Assembly (NCBI GenBank): GCA_043228905.1
Contig: JBHGNT010000010.1
Span: 3,410,001-3,474,000, forward strand
Source of the DNA: Azolla caroliniana
Lineage: Eukaryota; Plantae; Polypodiophyta
Reading direction: 5' to 3'
Length of the DNA: 64,000 bases
Part shown: positions 41,527 to 52,473 of the stretch, one piece after another
Numbering within the stretch: the stretch's first letter is position 1
How the letters are laid out: each line of letters starts with the position of its first letter
Position numbers and translations under genes: made by a program
Notes under the pieces: model-generated
Told to the model about the DNA's origin: nothing
The model's input: the letters and a program-made list of their open reading frames with translations, nothing else
The model's database searches: none

Positions 41527-42386
41527 ATTTGGTTTCTGTTGACGAAGCTCGGTTCGGAGTTGACTACGAGCCTTGTTGGGGTGCAGCCGGTTGGCTCACC
41601 CGATATCGTTCTAGTCGGATTTGAACCCGAGTCGGTTCGGCTTCGGAACTTGCTCGAATTGACTCCGGTAGCTTGAGGGACAGAACCGACTGGTCTTCCC
41701 GAATGTTGCCGAGTCGAAGTGAGCCCGGTTCGCTTCGGATATATATATATGCCGAATACCGATTATTGAAACCGATTATCTGGACCGATTCTGCTTCGGT
41801 TGACTGCAGCGATTAGAGAGACGGATCCGACTGATCCTCCCGAATGTCGATCAGCCAGATGAGGCACGAATTTTGGTTGTTGTCAAAGTTGCACAAGGGG
41901 ATTTCACCTCGAGCGGTTACGATCACAAGGGACAGAGTACAACCTGCTGGCTTACTCCAAGCAAGAGGATCTAACGCGATGAGGTGCAAACCTCGTTTTT
42001 GTTCTTCTTCTCTCTTCTTCGAATGACGCAGGAAACCGAATGCAGAGACGGCGGCCGACAGCGGATTGAAGGACCGACTACTGTGCAGGCTCTGATACCA
42101 GATGTTGGAGACAAGGCCGTCAATGCGGAAGATCAAGAAGCATTCGATTCTAGTTTGAGTACCTGCGTATGACAGAATGTAGGTCGTTGCACAGAGAGAG
42201 AGAGAGAGAGAGACACACAAAAGACTCTTTATTTCACAAAGCAATAATACAACATCCAACCTTACAAAAAGGTTACAAGGTCACTATATATAGTGACCGA
42301 CTTAGGGCAACTACCCTTTATGCTAATTACATAAATGGCCAAAACGGGATAGTGTGAATACGTCCATTATACACATGTATTCGACA
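39181..42386 (-). mobile_element. Ty1/copia LTR retrotransposon (copia-2), young, 3' half deleted; 5' LTR 42386-42103
   Basis: PBS-Met TGGTATCAGAGCC at 42100-42088; TSD TTGTG at 42387-42391. Confidence 0.93.
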
Positions 42387-45058
42387 TTGTGGGCTGACCG
42401 AACTACGCACAGTTCGGTAACCGGATTCATGCCGGCAGAGCTCATGTTTGGGCAGAAGCCGATCATGCCGATGGTACGTACGATCCTCTCATGGGCAACC
42501 GTGGACTGGAGAGACGAGATGAGCCGGGAGGAACTATTGGCGGCGTGCATACGTCAGCTCGAGCGAAGGCCGGAGGATGTGGAGCAGGCTGCGGGAAAGC
42601 TTCGGGAAGCAAGGATGAGGAACAAAGCCCGGTTCGACCGAACGCACCGGCTCCGACCGAAGAAGATCGAGGAAGGCGACTGGGTGCTAGTCTACGACAG
42701 CAGCCTCCACAACCAGCACTGAGCGACACGGAAGTTCGCAAGAAGGTGGTTCGGGCCTTACGTGGTACAAAGCGCCAACGACAACGAGACGTACCATTTG
42801 CCGGATCCGGTTAACCTGGACTGGGACAATGAACGATCCGGAACCGAAGAAGAACCGACGGGCGGGGATTGAAGGCTGGATCGGTTTCTCCGTCCCAACT
42901 CAATTTGGCGCATGCCGGTGGATGCGCGGTTAGGTGGGGGCGGATGTCGTGAAGAAAACCGTCCACAAGCGGAATCGGTGCACCGGAGCGTAGGAACCGG
43001 CTCTTCATGCACGTGCGCCTTATGTTGTACAGAAGAGAGAGTTAGGTACATAGAAGATCCTAGGTAGGTAGATTCGGTAGGAAGGAAGTTAATGGGAAAT
43101 GGCTCCTTTCTTGCCTATGAAAGGGGGGAGACGAGGAGGAGGAGCGGATCGCGGAATCAGAGGGGACGAAGTGCTGTCGGGTTGTCGGTCGAAGGCTTCT
43201 CTCTCTTCCATACTCTCCGTAGCTTCTTTCTGTGCAGGTTTCGGGAGTCTCGCGCTGCTCTGAGGAATGCCTGAGTGCTTCCGGCAGCACCTCCAACCTA
43301 CTCCTTTCCTTCTGAGCGTTTGCGAACAGGCATCGGCATCTGTTCGTTGGCCTGTTCGGTTGTAACCGACTTCGTGCTTCTTGTTGTTTGTCTCTGTTAA
43401 TATATACTTACATACCTTTGTGCCTCTCTGTGTTGGTTTCCCCGCTCGCGTCTTCGTGTCGAAGGGCCGTGTCCCTGTGGATCTACGCTCGCACGTAGTG
43501 GGTCCCTTCCCTTCTCCTTTCCCTATTGCTCTTCGGTACAAGACCCCTGAGGTCCCGCCTCATTCCACGCATCCGCGAGGAATACCTCGACAGCGCGTAG
43601 CAAAGCGACAACGGCAAAGCCTAGTGGGCCACAAGAACCCCCACACGACCCAAGCACGTCGCGGCCAAGTACGAACTTGGACAAAGGCAAAGGTAAGATG
43701 CCCGAATACGAAGTCGACCACCCCGACGACAATGATTCGGATGGATTGACTCCCTCACTAGACAGTGAGTTTGGTGTACCCATCATGCGTACACCTGGAG
43801 TAAAGAAGGCGCTCACATTGCCGAGCGAAAAACTTCGACGCTCATCTAAAGCTAAGAACCCTGTCACTCGGCACAACTACAACGAGTACATGGCCCATCA
43901 TTACGCATTCGCGATGAAGGTAGCGGCCAAACAAGAGCCCAAGAGCTCCACCGAAGCGGCTTGTAACCCACAATGGGTGGAAGTAATCAACCATCGCCCA
44001 CACACTACAAGCCTTCGTCATCGGCTTGAGGTGGAGGAACCGAGATTGCCACGACGAAGAAAGCCAAAGGTCGGACGGAAGCACACGAAGTTGACAAAAG
44101 CCAAAGCGTATGTTGGATGCCTCACACTTGAGCTTGAGGGGGCGTGTTGAGAGATCAAGCTCAATTTAGTTTAGTTAGTTAGTCAACAATGTAACTTCGT
44201 AGTTACCTAGATAGAATCTAGTTAGAAGTGTTGACTATAACGCCTTAAATAGGACCTTGTACTTAAGTGGGATATTCTAGATCCTCCATTCCTAAGTACA
44301 TTTAATATAGGACTTACCTATATTCTTCTGACACACATATCACATAATCTTCCGCACTTAACTTAATCACATAATTAGGTACTAATTAACTCTTAATTAC
44401 TTACCTAATTCTTTACAACATCTCATGTGCAAAGGTATTTTTGTATTTGATGATGTTGATGCTAATTTAATATATAGTTACTCATCCCCCATCTTGTATT
44501 GTTCATAAGTGTATCTCTCTCTCTTCCTCTCACACACATATCACATAATCTTCCACACTTAACTTAATCACATAATTAGGTACTAATTAACTCTTAATTA
44601 CTTACCTAATTCTTTACAATCTTCAATAGCCTTCTCACAATCAAACCTATGCACATATTTGAGATCAATACATAAAGGCCTATGATCGAATTCTGGTGTC
44701 CATTCACCAAGTGAGAATTTATGTATACGATCCAAAATACCTTCGGAAAGTAGCACATAGTCAATCACACAATTTCCGTTGTGTTTTCTACATGTAAAAC
44801 CATTAGTGTTGGGCCATAAGGAAATACCATTTGCAATAAGCAATCCGGTACTATTGCACATTTGTAGGAGTAACTTCCCAAATTGGTTCGGATCTTTTTC
44901 ATCGCTAGAAGAGCGACTATACATTTGCATATCCTCTTGCATCCTTGAGATATGTGGCATGAAAGATTCTTGTGAATCAAGCTGGAAACTTCTTGTACGA
45001 GCATTCATGTCACCAAAGACAATAGAGAGAGAGAGAGAGTGTGTGTGTGTGAATGAGG

Positions 45059-45140
45059 GGCCAAATGGGTGTAGCTCAATTGGTAACGTTACCCAATGGA
45101 GATTAGGTGGTCATAGGTTCAACCCTTACATTCCACAATG
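45059..45140 (+). mobile_element. tRNA-derived SINE-like head
   Basis: A-box-like TAGCTCAATTGG (45072) and B-box-like GGTTCAACCC (45116) at tRNA spacing; no intact cloverleaf seen. Confidence 0.5.
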
Positions 45141-45189
45141 GCATCTAATGAAATAAGAGATATCTGTGGAGTAATAGAGAGGTGAGGAA

Positions 45190-45392
45190 ATTGGGTTTCA
45201 AACCCAAGATGTAGTGATAGTAATGTAAATGACTTACCACTAGGGTAAGGTAATTACGATAAGAGAGAGAGAGTGAGTGAGTTGGGTTTCGAACCCAAGA
45301 TGTAGTGATAGTAGTGTAAATGACTTATCGTTAGGGTAAGGTAATTACAATAAAAGAGAGAAAGAGAAAGAGAAAGAGAAAGAGAAAGAGAA
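45190..45392 (-). repeat. Two tandem ~90-bp SINE-like units, each followed by GA-rich tracts
   Basis: TTGGGTTTC(A/G)AACCCAAGATGTAGTGATAGTA.TGTAAATGACTTA..TAGGGTAAGGTAATTAC twice; minus strand carries B-box GGTTCGAAACCC. Confidence 0.55.
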
Positions 45393-45432
45393 TTTCAATC
45401 CTCAAGAAATTGTGAAGAAATGCATAGAATAT

Positions 45433-45846
45433 TGTTGGGAGATAGGTCCCTCCGGATGGGAAGGGAGAAGAACAGTGCTGATGAGCAAACTCGGCCGAGG
45501 CCGAAACCGGATGAGAAGTACCCGGCTACGGAGAGCCGGATGGTGCAGACCCGGTGAGAACCGGATGAGAAGTACTCGGCTACGGAGAGCCGGATGGTGC
45601 AGACCCGGTGAGAACTGGATGAGGAGTACCCGGCTTCGGAGAGCCGGATGGTGCAGACCCGGTGAGGAGTGCTCACCGGATGAAGAGACATATTCGTAAA
45701 TATGTTTCTGAGAGTTCATCGAGGCTATATTTGTAAATAGCCGAAAAGTCATATTAGTATAAATATGACTTAGGGTAAACTTATTGAGTGTGATGTAGAG
45801 TTGTTGTCATTCTTGTTTGTGCAAGAAGAGAGAGCGCGTAACTATG

Positions 45847-45891
<45 letters not shown>

Positions 45892-46161
45892 GTCGTTGCC
45901 TCTGTTGTAACTGCCGCCTGTGGCGAAGATCGTGAGCACGAGGTCGTTGCCTCCGTGAACTCACTGTTGTACATTCTAACATAGTGATAGTTTGCAGCCT
46001 GTGGGCTGCCATGGTTTTTCCCTTAGTTTGGGTTTTCTATGTAAACATGTTGTGTACTCTTCTGTTCTTCGTGTCGTGCATTCTTTCACCGTTTTTCTGT
46101 GTATGATTCTAAGCTCGGTTGTGGCCGAGCGTTGCGCATAAAGAACGCGTAGTTCTCGTCA
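45433..46161. mobile_element. Solo LTR (729 bp) with internal 54-bp tandem repeat
   Basis: TGTTGGG...CTCGTCA; perfect TSD AATAT (45428-45432 / 46162-46166); removing it restores the L1 sequence seen at 29110-29150; 54-bp unit x3 at ~45508-45680. Confidence 0.92.
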
Positions 46162-47289
46162 AATATTATACAAAATTGTTGGATGTACAAGTGTGTATTG
46201 ATGATAACGTTAAAAAGGATAGAGATGTATCTTATTTGAGAAGGTGTGGATATAAAGGGAAATGGCTCATTCTTGGAAGATTGGTTGATAAAGCTTTTAC
46301 CGAAGGTGCCTTTTCCATCTTCCTTTGCTTAGTGGAGACCTATTCCATTGATGGGGGGGAATATACAAGATTTTTTGCAAAAGTGATGGCCAATAGATTA
46401 CATAATGTTTTAACCTTCTATTATTCATAATGCTCAATATGGGTTCCTTGCAAAAAGAGATATTTTACATCATATTTTAAATGTTCAAATGGCAATTGAC
46501 TATACAAACGAGTCTAAACAAGAATTAGTGTGGTTACAATTGGATATCAAGAAAGCCTATGATAATGTGGATTGGTCATTTATAAATCAGTTGATGTCTC
46601 TCATATGGGTTTTGGTGATCGTATGTCTAAGTTGATATACACATTAGGGGAGGGTTTGTTTCACATGTGATGTTTAACGGTGGAGTAACATAACCTATTT
46701 ATATTTGGAGATAAGTTAGACAAGAATAGGGTAAAAGCATGCGAGTGGAAACACTATTATAGCTAATTAGCTACTAAAATGGCCATAGCTAATTAGCTAT
46801 TTGTTTAGCTAGTCTTTTTTGTGGGAAAATCAAATATTTGAAAAACTAATTTATGAAAAAACTCAAATATTTGAACTTCTGTTTCAGACGTGTGGAACTT
46901 GGGGAATAGCACCATCATCTAAGGTCGACTTCAATGTCATCAATTTCCTGTTTAGCCTAAGTCTGATTTTGAACGCAGATGGAGTACTCAGAGCACGAAC
47001 GCAGACGTAGCTCCCGCAACAGCAGAAAATCGACATTGCAGATTGAGAGCTACAACACAGAACCCGCTCGATCATCGTCCAGGTATGTTTCAGTTACAAA
47101 AACCCCAAACATTTGTTTTTTCTTTTTGACTATTGTCTGAACTTTGGTGCCGATTCATATTTCCCCAAAATCGAATAGGGCGAAGTCCTTGGAGTCCCAT
47201 ACAAGGATGTCTCGCAAATCGGGGAGTAGCAACAAGTGTGTTTATATTACTTTTTTTGTGTTTAATCTTGTCTTTAGTGATGATTGGGG

Positions 47290-47810
47290 TTTCTAATTGA
47301 AATTTTTGATTAGGGTTTTTGTTTATAAATTTCTGATTAGAATTTCTGATTAGGGTTTGTGATTGAAATTTCTGATTAGGGTTTCTGATTGAAATTTCTG
47401 ATTAGGGTTTTTTATTATAAATTTCTGATTAGAATTTCTGAATAGGGTTTCTGGTTACAAATTTTGATTACAGATTAGAATTTCTGAATAGGGTTTTTGT
47501 TTATAAATTTCTGTTTAGGATTTCTGATTAGGGTTTGTGATTGAAATTTCTTATTAGGGTTTCTGATTGAAATTTCTTATTAGGGTTTTTGATTATAAAT
47601 TTCTGATTAGAATTTCTGAATAAGGTTTCTGGTTACAAACTTCTGATTACCGATTTGGATTAGGGTTTCTGATTTCAAACTTCTCATTACAGATTTTGAT
47701 TAGGGTTTCTGATTTCAAATTTCTGAATACAAATTATGATTAGGGTTTCTGATTTGCTAAGTTAAAGATTTTGCACCATTTTTGTTGTTGTTGATTGGGG
47801 TTTCTGATTC
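47290..47810. repeat. Degenerate ~26-bp tandem array containing telo-boxes (TTAGGGTTT) within the predicted 5' intron 47083-47860
   Basis: GATTAGGGTTTCTGATTGAAATTTCT-type units, about 10 TTAGGGTTT copies; donor CAG|GTATG at 47083, acceptor TTTCAG at 47860. Confidence 0.85.
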
Positions 47811-47860
47811 TCACATATTCTGATTTTGCACTATTTCTAATTTCTGAAATGATATTTCAG

Positions 47861-50800
47861 ATGGCTCGTTCCTCCGTATATGAGAGTGCTAAACTTCGCA
47901 AAATTTTGCGAGACAAAGGAGGACTTCCACAACACCTATGGTCTGTCACTCGAGGGTGTTGACCCTGCTGTCCTAAGTGATAAATTGATCAGTGATGTAG
48001 ACTGGATGACAGTATATACAGTGCCTAGAGTCAAAGGCAAGGTCAAGCTGAAGCATGTACGAGCCGACTTGTACGATGATTGCATGAGACTGCACCAGAA
48101 AGTTCATCAGGAGATCCCAGTCAACAATGAGTTGTCAGTTTCATTTGCTAGAGCATTTGCATATGAGTACTGCAAAACAGCGAAGGAATCCAGAGACCCT
48201 GAAATGTATAGGGTAGCTTGGGCAGTCTATGGTGAGGCATCGGTAAAAAGATGCCGAAAGATGGGGACCTTGGCACAAAAAATAGACAGATTTTGGAGCA
48301 TGGCAGCTGTTGATGCAACTGCCGACTCCCAGCAAGACCGGGGGCATACACCACACCGACACCCAAGGAAAGCCAATGTCGATGATATAGGTGAGACATT
48401 GGTTAGCTATATGCTAAAAAATGTCCATGAAGCCTGTGAGACATTGGCATTTTTTAAGACTGATTTAGAGAAAGCCACAATGGCTTCTGCAATGGAGAGC
48501 AAAGTTACTTCCGCTGTTACAACAATTAGAAATAAGATTTAGGTAACTATTGTTTTGCTGGTATGTGATTGTGTTATAAATAACGGGTAAAATGTGCTAA
48601 TCAAGCATTATCTGGAATAGGTTGCGCAACAGGAGCTTGAATTAGAGGGGCCACTGGATCCCCAGCGTAAAATAGAACTGCAAATAGAGATCCAGGTTCT
48701 TTCAATGAACCTGGACCTTCTAGGTGTAAATACTGTTGCAGATTACAATTTGGATAAGCTTCAAGTAAGTTAACGATTCTTGAGCAAAGTTGGTGTATCT
48801 TTCAAGCACGTTGAATAATTAATTGGTAAATTTCTCTGTTGCGTTGAAGGAACAATACATTCATCAAGAACAGGTAGTTAGCTGCCTTAAGAAGCAGCTA
48901 CATTTTGTGGAGGGAATGGTAAGGACCAGACAGGATTTGGACCTGAACATTCTTGCTCCCTTACCAAATGAAGTAGAACCAGAAAATGATTTATTGACAA
49001 TTCAACCACGTTGCATCGCTTGCGGGTTAGGTGTGGAGGACAAAACTGCGTCTTTGTTGGTTCACCTACAACCATGCAACCACACATACCATCTACTTTG
49101 TTTTCAACATGCCTGTCGAATTGCTGCATTCTGTTTGGGAGATTGCAGTACAACTCTACCAAATGAGTGGAGAAAACTAACAGGTATACCATACTGTAGC
49201 TAATAAGCTTAGTCTTTTCTAATTAGCTATCCTACTAGCTAATTAGCTACTGGCAGCTAATGAGCTACTAGCTAATTAGCTATCCTAGTAGCTAATTAGC
49301 TATGGTACTAGCTAATTAGCTAGTACCATAGTTGTGTAAAAAAGCTAATTAGCTATCCTACTAGCTAATTAGCCACTGGCAACTAATTAGTTATCCTAGT
49401 AACTAATTAGCTACTGCCATAGTTGTGTAAAGTAGCTAATAAGCTATCCTAGTAGCTAATTAGCTACTAGCAGCTAATTAGCTATCCTAGTAGCTAATTA
49501 GCTATGGTACTAGCTAATTAGCTAGTACCATAGTTGTGTAAAAAAGCTAATTAGCTATCCTACTAGCTAATTAGCTACTGGCAACTAATTAGCTATCCTA
49601 CTAGCTAATTAGTTATCCTAGTAGCTAATTAGCTACTGGCAACTAATTAGCTATCCTACTAGCTAATTAGCTATCATAGTAGCTAATTAGCTACTGCCAT
49701 AGTTGTGTAAAGTAGCTAATAAGCTATCCTAGTAGCTAATTAGCTAATGGCAGCTAATTAGCTATCCTAGTAGCTAATAAGCTATCCTAGCTACTACATA
49801 GTTGAGAAAGTAGCTAATTAGCTTTCATTGTAGCTAATTAGCTATCCTACTAGCTAATTAGCTATCCTAGCTACTACCATAGTTAGTAAAGTAGCTAATT
49901 AGCTATCCTAGCTACTACCATAGTTAGTAAAGTAGCTAATTAGCTATCCTAGCTACTACCATAGTTAGTAAAGTAGCTAATTAGCTATCCTAGCTACTAT
50001 CATAGTTGAGTAAAGTAGCTAATTAGCTATCCTAGCTACTACCATAGTTGAGTAAAGTAGCTAATTAGCTATCCTAGCTACTACCATAGTTAGTAAAGTA
50101 GCTAATTAGCTATCCTAGCTACTACCATAGTTGAGTAAAGTAGCTAATTAGCTATCTTAGCTACTACCATAGTTGAGTAAAGTAGCTAATTAGCTATCCT
50201 AGCTACTACCATAGTTGAGTAAAGTAGCTAATTAGCTACCAGTAGCTAATTAGCTATCCTAGCTACTACCATAGTTGAGTAAAGTAGCTAATTAGCTATC
50301 GTACTAGCTAATTAGCTATCCTAATTAGCTATCATACTAGCTAATTAGCTATCGTACTAGCTAATTAGCTATCGTACTAGCTAATTAGCTATCGTACTAG
50401 CTAATTAGCTATCCTAGCTTCTACCATAGTTTAGTAAAGTAGCTAATTAGCTATCCTAAATAGCTGCCATGTTATTGTAGAATCTTGTGGATTAAGGACG
50501 GCACATGATTTGTTTGGTGCTGATGACGCTGCAACAGATGAGGATACTACTGCCAACGTGGCTGAAAGTAAGAGTCCTGCTATCACATCTCCTTCAGATC
50601 AGCTCCACCCTATTCTTTTGGAATAGTGTACTGAATTAGGCAACGATGTGAAATGCCATGAAATAGTGGAAACAACATGTAAAACTGAGGTTCACAACAA
50701 CAGTGTTTATGAACACTTGATGCAACATTTCTTCGAGTCTCAAGACCTTGATTCCACCCCACCGAGCCCAACTACTGAAAATGTCCAAACAGATCCCTCT

Positions 50801-52126
50801 GTACTTGAAAAGCTAGTTCAAGAAACGGTTGATGTGCAATTAGCTGCTGAGGCGATGGGAAGGTTGTCAGAGGAGGACACACTTGCGCATTGGGTTAAAG
50901 AAGCAAGGCTAAATGGGGAACCAACCAGAAAAAGGTTGAAGAAGGGGCCACGATCGGGAACAAGACCAGTTACTCGGTCAAGGGGCCCAGACGTAGTGGA
51001 GCGAAATAGTGTTGTTCTATGACTGAAACTTTTTCATGTTTAGGATATTGTTTTGTGAGACTGTTAGTTACTTTGTGAGTGTGAATATGTTGGTGTTTTC
51101 TGATGTTGCAGAGTCTAAAGGGTTTGATTCTATTGCTCGTAAGGCCAATGGCAGTGTGGATACTGTTGATGTTGCGGCATGTTTAAAGGGCCCCATCTTG
51201 AAAGTAGATGTAGCAACTGACACAAGTGATCTGGTCACACAAGTTGATCAAGCATGTAGCACGGATGACTTGGTGTTGCAGGTAGATGCAGCATGTAGCA
51301 CGGATGACTTGGTGTTGCAGGTAGATGCAGCATGTGATACCAGTGGACTGATATCGAGCAGATCAGTAGCTACATGCACCGAGGTAATCCAAGGATTGAT
51401 AACTAAGTCGACAAAACAAGAGCACCAGAATGTGAAGCCAGGCCCAACAGAGTCGACTAGGGGTTTGAAGAGTAGAAGGACGCCAGTTGTGTCGGCCGAA
51501 CCTGAGCTGATTGAGATTAATCGTATCCTACCAGAAAATGGTGTAACAGCGGCTCAGTTTCAGGAATGGAAACCTAAACCACTAGAAGTCAAAGAAGAGC
51601 CTTGATCTTGGAGCTTGATAAAGTCTTGATGAGTGTGAGATATATGCAGCCAAGGAGGGACGCGAATCAGTTTCTAGAGTGGGCTGTGGAATACTTTGAT
51701 TTGTTTATTTGGAGTGAAAAACCAAAATCAAATGTGTGGAAGTGTTTGACAAGATTCTTCCCAAAATGGCGAAGTCGTTTTAAAGGTCAATGGGCATGAG
51801 AAAATTGTGAGCAAATGGAAGCTGCAAGATTCAAGAGACTTTCTGATTTTTGGGCTACTTGGCCCGAATATAATGCCGACAATACATTGATTTTGGATAC
51901 AGAACATTTCCGGCACTACTTCAATATTCGGAGATGCTGTCTCATTCTACCCGAGGAAATGCCTGAACAGTACCTGGTGCAAACAGTGAGCTGCCAACTA
52001 GGTGCATGGTTGTGGACTCCATACCGAGCTCGATATGCGGATAATATATGTAGACTCGTTCCACTGACTAGCAAGAGCTTAGCTGTTTATAGGAGATTTG
52101 TAGACATTTCCAATGGTAATTTATAA
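47861..52126 (+). pseudogene. Transposon accessory gene: N-terminal unknown domain, coiled coil, RING-like finger, acidic linker, degenerate FCP1/NIF (HAD) phosphatase-like domain; exons ~47861-48542, 48621-48764, 48850-49183, 50481-~51000, 51112-52126
   Basis: GT-AG junctions keep frame (e.g. ACAG|GTATAC 49184 to TTGTAG|AA 50481 runs in frame into ORF 50648); RING-like CIAC..PCNHTYHLLC..C..C; FCP1-like LILELDKVL..R..ANQFLEWAVEYFDLFIWS..ENC..FKRLSDFW..YNADNTLILD. Several stops/frameshifts; one donor (~51000) not resolved. Confidence 0.7.
49215..50460. repeat. Array of palindrome TAGCTAATTAGCTA (intron of accessory gene)
   Basis: Dozens of copies, partly in ~42-44-bp higher-order units (AGTAAAGTAGCTAATTAGCTATCCTAGCTACTACCATAGTT). 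Confidence 0.95.
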
Positions 52127-52473
52127 ATATGTAAAGAGATGACATTATTCAATGAAGAATTTAATTACTTGTTCCCATTGTACTTATCTACTGTGTAATT
52201 TGAGGAATATGTTGCAGATTGTTGATTTCATGCTATTGATGACTATTTAGCTATTGACAGCTAATTAGCTGCATTTGTACAACTAATTAGCTACTGATGA
52301 CTATTTCGCTATAACTTATAACTTAAAACTTAACAAAAAAGACATGATTTTATTGAGAAAGAAGCATAGAAAGCAGACTGTATACAAGAAATTGATTCCA
52401 AACAAATTTATTTAACTGTTTTCGCGAAATACATGTTTGTTTTACAAGAGAACATGGTAAGTGCTACTTGTAG

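Larger units (their letters stand above)
35636..43592 (+). mobile_element. Ty3/gypsy LTR retrotransposon, defective; LTRs 35636-36283 and 42945-43592 (648 bp each)
   Basis: About 13 substitutions between LTRs counted by eye; PBS TGGTGAACCCAACGTGAA (tRNA-Trp complement, 1 mismatch) at 36287; PPT TAGGTGGGGGCGGA; flanks ACGC/GCGC; integrase pieces AYNPEANGKVERGH, LWADRTT, RRWFGPYVV. Confidence 0.93.
34965..43610 (+). mobile_element. Gypsy-type solo LTR (34965-35635 + 43597-43610) split by a related gypsy element
   Basis: Starts TGTCGTGAAGAAAACCGTCC, ends AAAGCGACA; 4-bp TSD ACGG at 34961-34964 and 43611-43614; homologous to the inner gypsy LTR. Confidence 0.85.
32133..44618 (+). mobile_element. 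Ty1/copia LTR retrotransposon (copia-1), defective; 5' LTR 32133-32425, 3' LTR 44145-44417 (+ duplicated LTR end to 44618)
   Basis: TG..CA LTRs; PBS-Met TGGTATCAGAG at 32426; PPT GAGGGGGCG before 44145; TSD ATCTT (32128-32132 / 44619-44623); gag CNYCGKISHHEEEC, protease WFVDSGSSHHMT, integrase remnants; RT/RNaseH deleted near 43985. Confidence 0.93.
29593..45023 (-). mobile_element. RTE-clade LINE, 5'-truncated in the endonuclease, split by a copia insertion (pieces 45023-44619 and 32132-29593)
   Basis: EN motifs GDMNART, GLLIANG..FTC..VIDYVLLS..DHRPL; RT motifs FVDFKKAFDMV, GVKQGCPLSPTLF, LLYVDD, FKYLG; C-terminal CTLC..ESEYHTLIQC; microsatellites at both ends. Confidence 0.9.

Noticed and set aside
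45059-45140. tRNA gene
   Set aside because: Only A/B-box-like motifs; no consistent acceptor or anticodon stems, so treated as SINE-like
47290-47810. Interstitial telomere / chromosome fusion scar
   Set aside because: TTAGGG occurs singly within ~26-bp units inside a transposon intron, not as contiguous (TTTAGGG)n
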